From Clostridia bacterium (GTDB taxonomy: Bacteria > Bacillota > Clostridia > Oscillospirales > CAG-272): DNA of 54,657 nucleotides. Both the position numbers and the translations under genes were made by a program. Under the pieces are notes generated by a model. It had not been told where the DNA came from, made no database searches, and saw nothing but the letters and a program-made list of their open reading frames with translations. Each line of letters begins with the position of its first letter. The first letter of the stretch is position 1. The stretch covers positions 1 to 54,657 of the forward strand of contig JAFTJB010000140.1 in the NCBI GenBank assembly GCA_017456625.1, written 5' to 3'. Positions 1 through 8,598 of this stretch are shown in pieces.

Positions 1-415
1 CAATATCAAAGGTGGCAAGATAATTTTTGAGCGCGTAGACTGCCTCATAGCCATATTGCTCGTCTTTCGTTACAGCATAGCGAAACGCTTTTGAAAGAAT
101 GATATTATGCACTTCACAGTTGATCGCGCGTGCGTTGTTCGACAGATCATGACTTTCGAAATCACGCATCACACCATCACACTCCATGTCCGAAAGACGG
201 AGCATCTCTGCATAAGCGTATTGATTGTCTCCCTCCTCTACGCCATCAAGGATCGAGGAAAGACGCTCTGCGGTAAAGCCCATACGAGGGTGCTTTCCGC
301 GGGGCGGTGTTTTTTGCGGCATCTGCTCGGGCGCGGGTGAGTGGATTGGCTCGCCAAAATCCGCATCGTCAAAAGCCGAGATCAGAGCCTTTAAGGTTTT
401 GATATCTTGTTTCAT
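1..415 (-). CDS. Heparinase II/III-like polysaccharide lyase, tandem paralogue of 422..2851 (5' part only, runs off window)
   Basis: Not in the ORF track. Manual translation from ATG at 415 gives MKQDIKTLKALISAFDDADFGEPIHSPAPEQMPQKTPPRGKHPRMGFTAERL...GDNQYAYAEMLRLSD...SKAFRYAVTKDEQYGYEAVYALKNYLATFD, colinear with the N-terminus of the 809-aa neighbour; 6-nt gap after the neighbour's stop. Confidence 0.85.
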   Translation of the reverse strand, partial: MKQDIKTLKALISAFDDADFGEPIHSPAPEQMPQKTPPRGKHPRMGFTAERLSSILDGVEEGDNQYAYAEMLRLSDMECDGVMRDFESHDLSNNARAINCEVHNIILSKAFRYAVTKDEQYGYEAVYALKNYLATFDI

Positions 416-421
416 AATTTT

Positions 422-2851
422 TTACTGTCCTACGTAACGCAATTGCAGGTAGGTTTCATTGTTGGTCTCAATCTCTGCCATTGCTTCGTTTTTGGAGACG
501 GTATATTCTTTGCCGTCGGCAGTCTGCCATTTGCCCGCGCGGAGTCCAAAGACCAAGCATTTTTTGGTGTTTGTGGGGATCTCGATGGAGAAATCGTTCG
601 TGATGTACTCACCGTTTTTTGCAAAGATGACGGCATGATCGAGAATGGCAGTGCCAAGCACTGTATCGCTCTCCAGAGCAACTGCCTCGTGATAGGGCTG
701 GAGAATGTTTGTATCAAGATTGAGATAGGGCGAGCAATCGGTGTGCGGTCCGACGTACATGACCGTGAGGAAGGTGTTCTCCTTGGAAGCCTTTTTCGGG
801 GAGATCTCGATCCTTCCAAATCCGCTCTCGGCATTGTAGGCAACGAGTGCGCCCTCAACGCGACCGGGGAAGTCGAAGGGGACGTTTTGATCCACCACCC
901 AGCATTCCTTGTCCTTGCCGCCCACAAAGGTGTGATCGACCTCTGTAAAGAGCGATTGGATATAGAGTCGGCTCATCAGATTGGTGACCACCGAGCAGGG
1001 CTTGCCGTTGACGAGCTTGGTCAAAGGCTGATTTTGCGTGTGGAAGAGCAGGGACTTTTTATAGCCCGCGTCGACCGAGGTGATCTTATCGAAGATCACA
1101 AACACCATGGGATTGACCTTGTTGTCGGTCATAAAGGAGACCATGTGTCGCTTGACCTCGCTGACGGTCTCTCTGTCATACGCGTTCGTGATATCTCCCG
1201 CAATGTAGGAATAGCGGTATTCCTCCTTGCCGCCTTCCTTCTTGACGGTTTTGTAGCCACCGTAGAGGAGTTTGGCGTGATTATAGTTGGGAGACGCCAT
1301 CCATTCCTCAAGGGTATCCATATGCCCCTTGACCGATTCGGCATCGATGCGCTGACCGCCCGAATATTTCCAAACCTTGTTCTTGACAACGCTGTCGGGC
1401 ATATTGGGATTGTAAACGAGGATACTGTTTTTGGAGATCGTTTGCTTGTAGTAATTGCGGTCGTGATCACAGCCGTAGCCCGAGTAGGTGCCCGAGCTGC
1501 CGAGGAGCATGCCCTTGTAATAGATCTGGAAATCTCCGCAATCGCGGTGCTCATGATTTGCCGTGCCCGAAACACCGACCTTCATGTAGACCATGCCTGC
1601 GTTTTTGGTGTCGTGCGCGGTCTTTGCAATGACCATACCTACGGGGGCACCGTAGAAGCTTGCGAGCGGCAGATCCGAAAGCGGACGCTTGGGCACGCTC
1701 GGATCGTTGAACAGGAGTACCTCGAGAGGACTCATATCATAGAGCCAGAAGAGCGAAAAATCGTCGGTCTGCTCTGCGACAAAGCCCTTGAGGATCGGAT
1801 CCTTGTAAAGTCCTGCGATGCAGATCGCGCAGTTGAGGAGCTTGCAAAATCTTCTTCCTTGCCAGGAATCGTCTCCGACACGGAGCATTTCACCGTCGGG
1901 ACGGATCTCTTTGAGGCAGGTGAGGGCAACGTCGCGGATCGTTTCTCCAAACAAGTGCTTTTTGCCGTCGAACATATAGGAATACCAACACTCCGCAAAG
2001 GCGATCCACGCGAGGCGGGAGGCACCGTAGGAGGCACCTTGCGGATGACAGCCGGCGGCAAGGACGGCGTTTTGCCCCGGAATGATCGTGTATTCAAAGA
2101 TATCCATGATGACGTTGTAGTATCCGGGATATTCGTCGTAGATCGCCAGGGAGAAGGGAAGCCAGCTATCCATAAAGGGGGCTTCGGTCGCGTGTCCCGT
2201 AACACCGCCGGACTTGTGAGGGGGATATTCCGGATATTCCGAAAGGAGACGGCACTTGTTGGTTGCCGCACCGACCAGCTGCTTTTTATCTCGTGCGGTC
2301 AGAAGGGGATAGCACCAATCGTACACGCAGCCGACCGTGCGGATCAGATGCGACATGGTGAGTCCGAGGTTGTATCCGAAGGAAGCGTAGATCGCAGCGC
2401 TGCGTGCCTCCTTGCCGAATGCGGACGCGATATCCGCATCGAAGGTGAGGAGATAGTTTTTGAGCGCATAGATCGCTTCAAAGCCGTACTGCTCGTCACC
2501 AAAGGCGGCATAGCGAAATGCCTTGCATAGAATGATATTATGAAATTCGCCGTTGACCACGCGCGCGTTGTTGCAGATATCCTTGTTTTCAAAATCGCGC
2601 ATCACGCCGTCAAATTCGATCTCCGAGATGCGCATGACCTCTGCATAGGCATATTGGTTGTCTCCCTTGTTTACGTCCTTGAGAATGTCGGGGAGACGCT
2701 TTGCGGTAAAGCCCATGCGAGGGTGCTTGCCCTTTGGAGGCATGATTGTCGGCATTTTTGTGGGAGATGAGGGATCGATCGGCTCTCCAAAATCGGCATC
2801 CTGAAAGGAATCGATCAGCTGCTTCAATTCTGCAATACTCTTTTTCATCAT
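422..2851 (-). CDS. Heparinase II-like polysaccharide lyase (PL21-like), no signal peptide
   Basis: 809 aa; motifs HPRMGFT, VTGHATE, HPQGASY, NHEHRDCGDFQIYYKG, NYYKQTISKNSILVYNP and YIAGDITNAY resemble heparinase II active-site segments as I recall them; GGAGG RBS upstream. Confidence 0.75.
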   Translation of the reverse strand: MMKKSIAELKQLIDSFQDADFGEPIDPSSPTKMPTIMPPKGKHPRMGFTAKRLPDILKDVNKGDNQYAYAEVMRISEIEFDGVMRDFENKDICNNARVVNGEFHNIILCKAFRYAAFGDEQYGFEAIYALKNYLLTFDADIASAFGKEARSAAIYASFGYNLGLTMSHLIRTVGCVYDWCYPLLTARDKKQLVGAATNKCRLLSEYPEYPPHKSGGVTGHATEAPFMDSWLPFSLAIYDEYPGYYNVIMDIFEYTIIPGQNAVLAAGCHPQGASYGASRLAWIAFAECWYSYMFDGKKHLFGETIRDVALTCLKEIRPDGEMLRVGDDSWQGRRFCKLLNCAICIAGLYKDPILKGFVAEQTDDFSLFWLYDMSPLEVLLFNDPSVPKRPLSDLPLASFYGAPVGMVIAKTAHDTKNAGMVYMKVGVSGTANHEHRDCGDFQIYYKGMLLGSSGTYSGYGCDHDRNYYKQTISKNSILVYNPNMPDSVVKNKVWKYSGGQRIDAESVKGHMDTLEEWMASPNYNHAKLLYGGYKTVKKEGGKEEYRYSYIAGDITNAYDRETVSEVKRHMVSFMTDNKVNPMVFVIFDKITSVDAGYKKSLLFHTQNQPLTKLVNGKPCSVVTNLMSRLYIQSLFTEVDHTFVGGKDKECWVVDQNVPFDFPGRVEGALVAYNAESGFGRIEISPKKASKENTFLTVMYVGPHTDCSPYLNLDTNILQPYHEAVALESDTVLGTAILDHAVIFAKNGEYITNDFSIEIPTNTKKCLVFGLRAGKWQTADGKEYTVSKNEAMAEIETNNETYLQLRYVGQ

Positions 2852-2886
2852 AACCTCCGTTGCGGTACATTTGTTAGTATACTTTT

Positions 2887-2950
2887 ATTTTAAGACAGAT
2901 GACCTGCGAATGCAATCAATATATCGCTCTATTTATATAACAAATCGCTC
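2887..2950 (-). promoter_or_regulatory. Sigma-A-like promoter (TTGCAT-17-TAAAAT) for the lyase genes, with upstream GAGCGAT direct repeat at 21-bp spacing
   Basis: Minus-strand -35 at 2910-2915, -10 at 2887-2892; ATCGCTC at 2923-2929 and 2944-2950. Confidence 0.5.
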
Positions 2951-3006
2951 ATTTGCGCAACGAGAAATCAAGTCTTGACGATTAAAACAGAAATTGGAAT
3001 AGCATC

Positions 3007-3035
3007 TTGCAATTGTGTCAAAAAGATGATATAAT
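3007..3035 (+). promoter_or_regulatory. Sigma-A promoter for the VUT-SDR operon
   Basis: TTGCAA (3007-3012), 17 nt, TATAAT (3030-3035) with extended TG; followed by hairpin AAAGCTCC-ACGC-GGAGCTTT (3042-3061). Confidence 0.7.
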
Positions 3036-3092
3036 AAATAGAAAGCTCCACGCGGAGCTTTGGTGAGAATAATCGAAGAAGTGAGTATCGAT

Positions 3093-3842
3093 ATGTCAAG
3101 TGTAATAAAACAGATCAAAAAAGAAAAAGAAAAGAGCGCGATCCTTTTACGGAGCATTCCCGCAACGGTCACAACGCTCTTTGTGGTGAGCGTGATCTGT
3201 ATGAATTTGCTCGCCAACAAAACGCTCCTGCAGCTCGATTGGATCGCGCTGGACGGCGGAATCCTGATCTCGTGGCTTTCCTTTATGTGTATGGACGTGA
3301 TCACCAAGCATTTCGGTCCCGGGGCATCCAACCGCATCTCGGTCCTTGCCGCGGTGATCAATCTTCTGACCTGTCTGATCTTTTTCATCGCGAGCAGCAT
3401 CCCCTCCAACGCAGGGGATTACAGCGTTTTTGACGGTATTTTTGGCGGTACGTGGTTTATTCTGCTTGGCAGTACCGTTGCCTTCCTCGCATCCGCTCTC
3501 ATCAACAATATGCTCAACTGCATGATCGGCAGCGCATTCAAGAGAAATCCCGACGGAAAGCTGGCGTACGCCATGCGCACCTACGTGTCTACGTTCATCG
3601 GGCAGTTTTTGGATAATTTCATCTTTTCGCTCATCGTCTTCGTCGGCTTTGCGCCGATCTTCTGGGACGGCTTCCATTGGACTGTCCTGCAATGCGCGAT
3701 GTGCGCCATGACAGGAGCGGTGGCGGAATTGATCATGGAGATCCTCTTCTCGCCCATTGGCTACAGGATCGTAACGAAGTGGAAGGCGAGCGCGGTGGGG
3801 AAGGACTATCTCGATTACGTAAAAGGAGAAGGAACGAAATGA
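3093..3842 (+). CDS. VUT family (YhhQ/Vut_1) transporter, putative queuosine-precursor/vitamin uptake
   Basis: Multi-TM protein with MNLLANK, DGGILISWLSFMCMDVITKHFG, ILLGSTVAF, RTYVSTFIGQFLDNFIF, matching the VUT pattern (N..anK, D...E..G, R...ST..GQ..D..IF). Start placed at ATG 3093. Confidence 0.8.
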   Translation: MSSVIKQIKKEKEKSAILLRSIPATVTTLFVVSVICMNLLANKTLLQLDWIALDGGILISWLSFMCMDVITKHFGPGASNRISVLAAVINLLTCLIFFIASSIPSNAGDYSVFDGIFGGTWFILLGSTVAFLASALINNMLNCMIGSAFKRNPDGKLAYAMRTYVSTFIGQFLDNFIFSLIVFVGFAPIFWDGFHWTVLQCAMCAMTGAVAELIMEILFSPIGYRIVTKWKASAVGKDYLDYVKGEGTK

Positions 3843-4492
3843 AGATCTTGATCACGGGCACCTCGCAGGGGATCGGTCGGGCGATCGCGGAGCTCTTTTT
3901 GCAAAAGGGCGACACCGTTATCGGCATTGACAGACAGAGGGCGAGCATCGAGCACGAAAATTATACGCACTACGAGCAGGATATCCGAGATTACGAAAGG
4001 CTTCCCGACGTGCAAGGCGTCAATGTGCTGATCAACAATGCCGGAACACAGAATGAGGACGATATCGATATCAATTTAAAGGCGCTGATTCGCATCACCG
4101 AGAAATACGGTATTCAGGAGGACATCCGCTCGATTTTGAATATCGGCTCCGCAAGTGCGCATACAGGTGCGGAATTCCCCGAATACTGCGCGAGCAAGGG
4201 CGGCGTTCTCGCGTATACGAAAAACGTCGCGATGCGCGTGGCAAAATTCGGCGCGACCTGCAACAGCCTCGATGCGGGCGGTGTGCTGACTCCGCTCAAC
4301 GATTGCGTGGTCAACGATCCCGATCTGTGGGCGGAGATCATGAACGAAACGCCGCTTAAACGCTGGGCAACGGCAGAGGAGATCGCAGAGTGGGCGTATT
4401 TTTTGACGGTGACAAACACCTTCTGCACGGGGCAGAACATCCTTGTCGACGGCGGCGAGGCGATCAATTATCATTTTGTCTGGAAAGAATAA
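3839..4492 (+). CDS. Short-chain dehydrogenase/reductase (classical SDR, probably NAD-preferring)
   Basis: TGTSQGIG, NNAG, YCASK catalytic motif, TGQNILVDGG; acidic residue after beta-2 (GIDR); ATGA overlap with the VUT stop. Confidence 0.9.
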   Translation: MKILITGTSQGIGRAIAELFLQKGDTVIGIDRQRASIEHENYTHYEQDIRDYERLPDVQGVNVLINNAGTQNEDDIDINLKALIRITEKYGIQEDIRSILNIGSASAHTGAEFPEYCASKGGVLAYTKNVAMRVAKFGATCNSLDAGGVLTPLNDCVVNDPDLWAEIMNETPLKRWATAEEIAEWAYFLTVTNTFCTGQNILVDGGEAINYHFVWKE

Positions 4493-4531
4493 AAAAGGTG
4501 CTGTAACTCAAAACGGTTACAGCATCTTTTT
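4493..4531. terminator. Bidirectional intrinsic terminator between the SDR and nitroreductase genes
   Basis: AAAAGGTGCTGTAAC...GTTACAGCATCTTTTT stem with A-tract on the left and T-tract on the right, between convergent genes. Confidence 0.8.
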
Positions 4532-4566
4532 CATTGTGAAGCGAAAGCCATCGGCACTGCCGATGG

Positions 4567-5097
4567 TTATGACTTCCTCGTTACAAGCTCATCCAAAGCC
4601 TTGCGCTTTTTGGGACGGAGGCGGTCGTCTGCCTTGGGGTAGCCTAAGATGATGACGAGGCGGACGGGGGATTTGAGCTCGCAGATCTCGCGGATCTTTT
4701 TGTCGTCGAGCCAGCCGAGGATGCAGGTGCCAAGCCCCTGCGCGGTCGCCTCTGCGGTCAGATATGCCGCGACGATGCCGATGTCGATCGAGCGATAGTC
4801 ATTTCCCTTGACGCGCGCGCCGAGTGCGGCGGAGGCAACGTAGGGCTCCTCGGAAAGAACGAGCATCACAGGCGCATCGGCGGCAAATTTGTTCATTCCC
4901 ATGCCCATAACGGCAGAGGCTACCGCGTGGGTACTCTCTCCCGTGCAGACGGTGATGCGATAGGGCTGTCCGTTGCAGGCGGAGGGAGCGAGGCGAGCTG
5001 CCTCAAGGATCGCCGTAAGCTTTTCCTCCTCGACCTGTCGCGCGGGGTCGTAGCTGCGGCAGGATTGACGTGTGTTCGCAATTTCTGTAAAGTTCAT
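4567..5097 (-). CDS. Nitroreductase family protein
   Basis: RQSCRSY, ARLAPSACNGQP, DIGI, ATAQGLGTCILG; start at MNFTE with GGAG RBS. Confidence 0.9.
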   Translation of the reverse strand: MNFTEIANTRQSCRSYDPARQVEEEKLTAILEAARLAPSACNGQPYRITVCTGESTHAVASAVMGMGMNKFAADAPVMLVLSEEPYVASAALGARVKGNDYRSIDIGIVAAYLTAEATAQGLGTCILGWLDDKKIREICELKSPVRLVIILGYPKADDRLRPKKRKALDELVTRKS

Positions 5098-5164
5098 ATC
5101 GTGTCTCCGTTCTGTTTTATTGATACTATTATAATATATTGTTACCGACATATCAAGTATACGA

Positions 5165-5193
5165 TTGACATTTTTTGAAAATGGGTGTATAAT
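5165..5193 (+). promoter_or_regulatory. Consensus sigma-A promoter for DUF1295-NUDIX
   Basis: TTGACA (5165-5170), 17 nt, TATAAT (5188-5193). Confidence 0.8.
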
Positions 5194-5222
5194 AAATCGA
5201 TTTTTGTTTTTTAGGAGTGCTT

Positions 5223-6077
5223 ATGAACAAATGGAAAAAGAGCCGCGCGGCAAGCTTTGCGGTGGTAGGCGTGATCTACGTTTTGGCGGCGGTGCTTGGA
5301 ATTCTGATCTATCGCACGCTGAACTATGATTGGTGGATCAATTTGCTCCTTGCTGACGTTGCCGCAACCGTGTTTACGTTTCTTTTCAGCGTTCTGCTTG
5401 GTAACGCGTCGGTCTATGACCCTTATTGGAGCGTTCAGCCGATCGTGATCCTGTGGGCGTTTGCGACACAGACCGAAATGACGGCGGTGCGCGCGCTGGT
5501 GCTGATAGCCGTGTCGCTTTGGGGTGCTCGTCTGACCGCCAATTGGGCGTACACCTTCTCTGATCTTTGTCATCAGGATTGGCGATACACGATGCTGAAG
5601 GAGAAAACGGGAGCGTGGTATCCCATCATCAATTTTGTTGGGATCCACATGGTTCCGACGCTCGTGGTCTACGGTTGCACGTTGCCTGCGGTGTACGTCA
5701 TGCTTTATAACGGTACGCTTAATTTTGGCGCGATCCTCGGCTTTTGTCTTGCGATCGGGGCTGTGCTTTTGCAGGGCGCGTCGGACGTGCAGATGCATCG
5801 CTTCCGCAAGCACAGAACGGGCAATTTTATCCGCGTGGGACTTTGGAAATATTCGCGCCACCCCAACTATCTTGCAGAGATCTTGATGTGGTGGGCGATC
5901 GCGCTCCTCTCTGCTTCGGTCTTTCCCGATGCGTGGTATCTTGCCGCGGGTGCTTTTGCGAATACGCTCTTGTTTTTGCTTGTCAGCATCCCGATGGCGG
6001 ATGGAAGACAGTCTCGCAAAAGCGGCTTTGCGGAGTACAAAAAAGAGACGAGAATGCTGTTGCCGATCAAAAAATAA
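5223..6077 (+). CDS. DUF1295 family membrane protein (steroid 5-alpha-reductase-like)
   Basis: NASVYDPYWS, WGARL, QDWRY, SDVQMHRFR, GLWKYSRHPNYLAE motifs; multiple TM segments. Confidence 0.85.
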   Translation: MNKWKKSRAASFAVVGVIYVLAAVLGILIYRTLNYDWWINLLLADVAATVFTFLFSVLLGNASVYDPYWSVQPIVILWAFATQTEMTAVRALVLIAVSLWGARLTANWAYTFSDLCHQDWRYTMLKEKTGAWYPIINFVGIHMVPTLVVYGCTLPAVYVMLYNGTLNFGAILGFCLAIGAVLLQGASDVQMHRFRKHRTGNFIRVGLWKYSRHPNYLAEILMWWAIALLSASVFPDAWYLAAGAFANTLLFLLVSIPMADGRQSRKSGFAEYKKETRMLLPIKK

Positions 6078-6095
6078 ACCGTTGGAGTGCTTGAT

Positions 6096-6557
6096 ATGAC
6101 AATTCTTGAAAAATCCGTCACCTCGACCGTTTACGTGGTGAAGGAAGGACGGGTGCTGCTGCATATACATAAAAAATTCAACACGTGGTTTCCGCTCGGC
6201 GGACACGTGGAGCGAAACGAGCTGCCTCACGAGGCGGCACTGCGCGAGGCACGCGAGGAGGCGGGGCTTGAGATCCGTCTTATCTCCACCGAGGTCGCGC
6301 CCGATATCGACGTAGGACGCGTGGTGCGTATCCCCGCACCCTTCTGCCTTTACGGTGAGGAGGGCAGGGAGGAGGACTACTTTGATTTTATCTACGTTGC
6401 GACGACCGACGATGAAGCCCTGCATCCCGACCGTGACGAGAGCAAGATCTTTCGCTGGTTTTCGCGCGAGGATCTCTTGACCTCCGACGTCAAGCCGCAT
6501 ATCAAAAATACGGCACTCGCGGTGTTGGAATATTTGGGAAACCATCCAATGAAGTAA
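6096..6557 (+). CDS. NUDIX hydrolase
   Basis: Nudix box GGHVERNELPHEAALREAREEAGL. Confidence 0.9.
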   Translation: MTILEKSVTSTVYVVKEGRVLLHIHKKFNTWFPLGGHVERNELPHEAALREAREEAGLEIRLISTEVAPDIDVGRVVRIPAPFCLYGEEGREEDYFDFIYVATTDDEALHPDRDESKIFRWFSREDLLTSDVKPHIKNTALAVLEYLGNHPMK

Positions 6558-6583
6558 AAAAGGAACACTATGTGCTCCTTTTT
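6556..6583. terminator. Probable bidirectional terminator between the NUDIX and LMW-PTP genes
   Basis: AAAAAGGAACAC-TAT-GTGCTCCTTTTT imperfect stem between convergent stops. Confidence 0.55.
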
Positions 6584-7046
6584 ATTTTATCAGCTTTGCC
6601 AAAAGTGCCTCACACCCCTCGTGAATATCGCGGTAGGTGATATCAAAGCGGTCGGTGTACCATGGGTCGGCAACGTCGCCGGGGCGGGCGGTGTAGTCCA
6701 TGAGCTTGCGGATCTTTTGTTGCGGATCACCGCCAAGCATACGGTACATATTGCGGATATTGGCACTGTCCATGCCGATCAGAAGGTCGTATTTCTCATA
6801 GTCGCTCTTTTGGAGCTGTACCGCGCGCTTGCCCTCGCAGGAGATGCCGTGCCGCGCCAATTCTGCTTTGGCGGGGGGATAAACGGGATTTCCAATGCCG
6901 TTCCAAATCTCCTCTGTGCTCGTTGCGACGGAGGCGACCGTAAACCGATCGGTTAGTCCTCGCTTTTCGATCATATCGCGGAAAATAAATTCTGCCATAG
7001 GCGAGCGGCAAATGTTGCCGTGACAGACAAACAGGATCTTTTTCAT
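6582..7046 (-). CDS. Low-molecular-weight protein-tyrosine phosphatase
   Basis: FVCHGNICRSPMAE P-loop and DVADPWY. Confidence 0.92.
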   Translation of the reverse strand: MKKILFVCHGNICRSPMAEFIFRDMIEKRGLTDRFTVASVATSTEEIWNGIGNPVYPPAKAELARHGISCEGKRAVQLQKSDYEKYDLLIGMDSANIRNMYRMLGGDPQQKIRKLMDYTARPGDVADPWYTDRFDITYRDIHEGCEALLAKLIK

Positions 7047-7146
7047 TTTTTCGTCCTTTTTTCTTTAATGATATGCTTTAGTATATCATATAATGCACCT
7101 TTTTTCAATTTTTTTGACGAAAAAATAAGAAAAATCGAATTTTCTA

Positions 7147-7175
7147 TTGCCTTTTTGATTTAAGTGTGGTACAAT
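7147..7175 (+). promoter_or_regulatory. Sigma-A-like promoter for the SNF transporter
   Basis: TTGCCT, 17 nt, TACAAT with extended TG. Confidence 0.55.
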
Positions 7176-7204
7176 ACATCTATTACTTTATAAGGAGAAC
7201 TTTT

Positions 7205-8560
7205 ATGGAGCGTGAAAAATTAGGCAGCCGCTTGGGCTTTATTCTGCTCAGTGCAGGCTGTGCGATCGGTGTGGGTAACGTATGGCGTTTCCCGTATATG
7301 GTAGGACAGAGCGGAGGAGGCGCCTTCCTCCCCCTTTATTTCTTCTTCCTCATTGTCATGGGACTTCCCATCATGGTCATGGAGTTTTCGGTCGGACGTG
7401 CGAGCCGCAAGAGCATTGCCTGCATGTACGACGAGCTGGCTCCTGCCAAGAGCAAATGGAAGTATCACGGTTATCTTGCTCTGGCAGGTAACGTTATTCT
7501 CATGATGTTCTACTGTACCGTTGCGGGATGGATGCTCAATTACTTCGTTTCCACCGCGTTCGGTAAGTTTGAGGGTATGGATGCTGCGGCGGTCTCCGGT
7601 GCATTCGGCGATCTTCTCGGCGATCCTGTCACGCTTATCATCTACACGGTGATCACCGTTGTGGTCGGCTTCTTCGTTTGCTCCTTCAGCCTTCAGAAGG
7701 GACTTGAGAGAATTACCAAGTACATGATGCTTGCATTGCTCGTCATCATGATCGTTCTTGCAATTCATGGCTTTACGCAGTCGGGAGCGGCAGAGGGACT
7801 CAAGTTTTATCTTATGCCCGATCTGACCAAGATCACGGGACAGGTCGTGGTCGATGCGATGAACCAGGCGTTCTTCACGCTTTCTCTCGGTATCGGCTCC
7901 ATGGCAATCTTCGGCAGCTATATCGGCAAGGATCGCTCCCTGCTCGGTGAGTCGGTCAACGTCGTTGTTTTAGATACGTTTGTTGCGTTCGTTTCGGGTC
8001 TCATCATTTTCCCCGCATGCTTTACCTATGGCGTTGAGCCCGGCGCGGGACCGAGCTTGATCTTTGAAACGCTTCCCAACGTGTTCAACAATATGTCGGG
8101 CGGTCGTATTTGGGGAAGCCTTTTCTTCCTGTTTATGACCTTTGCGGCATTCACCACGGTTTTGGCGGTGTTTGAGAACATCATTTCCTGCATCCGCGAT
8201 CTGACAGGCTGGGGACGCAAAAAGACCTGCCTTATCTGCGGAATCGGAATGCTCATTCTTTCCTTGCCCTGCGTGCTGGGCTTCAATCTGCTCTCGGGTA
8301 TTCAGCCTCTCGGCGCGGGCTCCTCGATCATGGATCTCGAGGACTTCATCGTCAGCAACTGTCTCCTTCCCATCGGCTCGTTGACCATTCTCATGTTCTG
8401 CGTATGGAAGCGCGGCTGGGGCTGGGATAACTTTATTGCAGAGGCGAACACGGGTAAGGGACTCAAGATGAAGAAGTGGATGCGCGGTTACGTGACGTAT
8501 GTATTGCCCATTATCATCATCGCACTCTTCGTCATCGGTATTGTTACCAAATTTATTTAA
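7205..8560 (+). CDS. Sodium-dependent transporter, SNF/NSS family
   Basis: SRLGFILLSAGCAIGVGNVWRFPY, GGGAF, QAFFTLSLG, GPSLIFETLP. Confidence 0.92.
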   Translation: MEREKLGSRLGFILLSAGCAIGVGNVWRFPYMVGQSGGGAFLPLYFFFLIVMGLPIMVMEFSVGRASRKSIACMYDELAPAKSKWKYHGYLALAGNVILMMFYCTVAGWMLNYFVSTAFGKFEGMDAAAVSGAFGDLLGDPVTLIIYTVITVVVGFFVCSFSLQKGLERITKYMMLALLVIMIVLAIHGFTQSGAAEGLKFYLMPDLTKITGQVVVDAMNQAFFTLSLGIGSMAIFGSYIGKDRSLLGESVNVVVLDTFVAFVSGLIIFPACFTYGVEPGAGPSLIFETLPNVFNNMSGGRIWGSLFFLFMTFAAFTTVLAVFENIISCIRDLTGWGRKKTCLICGIGMLILSLPCVLGFNLLSGIQPLGAGSSIMDLEDFIVSNCLLPIGSLTILMFCVWKRGWGWDNFIAEANTGKGLKMKKWMRGYVTYVLPIIIIALFVIGIVTKFI

Positions 8561-8566
8561 AATGCG

Positions 8567-8598
8567 AAAAAACGCACTCCGCAGGGAGTGCGTTTTTT
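8567..8598. terminator. Bidirectional intrinsic terminator
   Basis: AAAAAACGCACTCC-GCAG-GGAGTGCGTTTTTT. Confidence 0.85.

Noticed and set aside
407-2530. 707-aa + strand ORF antisense to the lyase
   Set aside because: Shadow frame of a well-supported minus-strand gene; no motifs or RBS. Such long antisense ORFs recur across the window owing to codon bias.
3036-3092. preQ1 riboswitch upstream of the VUT gene
   Set aside because: Lacks the class I GGTTC...CCC/A-rich tail pattern and is too short for class II or III as I recall them.
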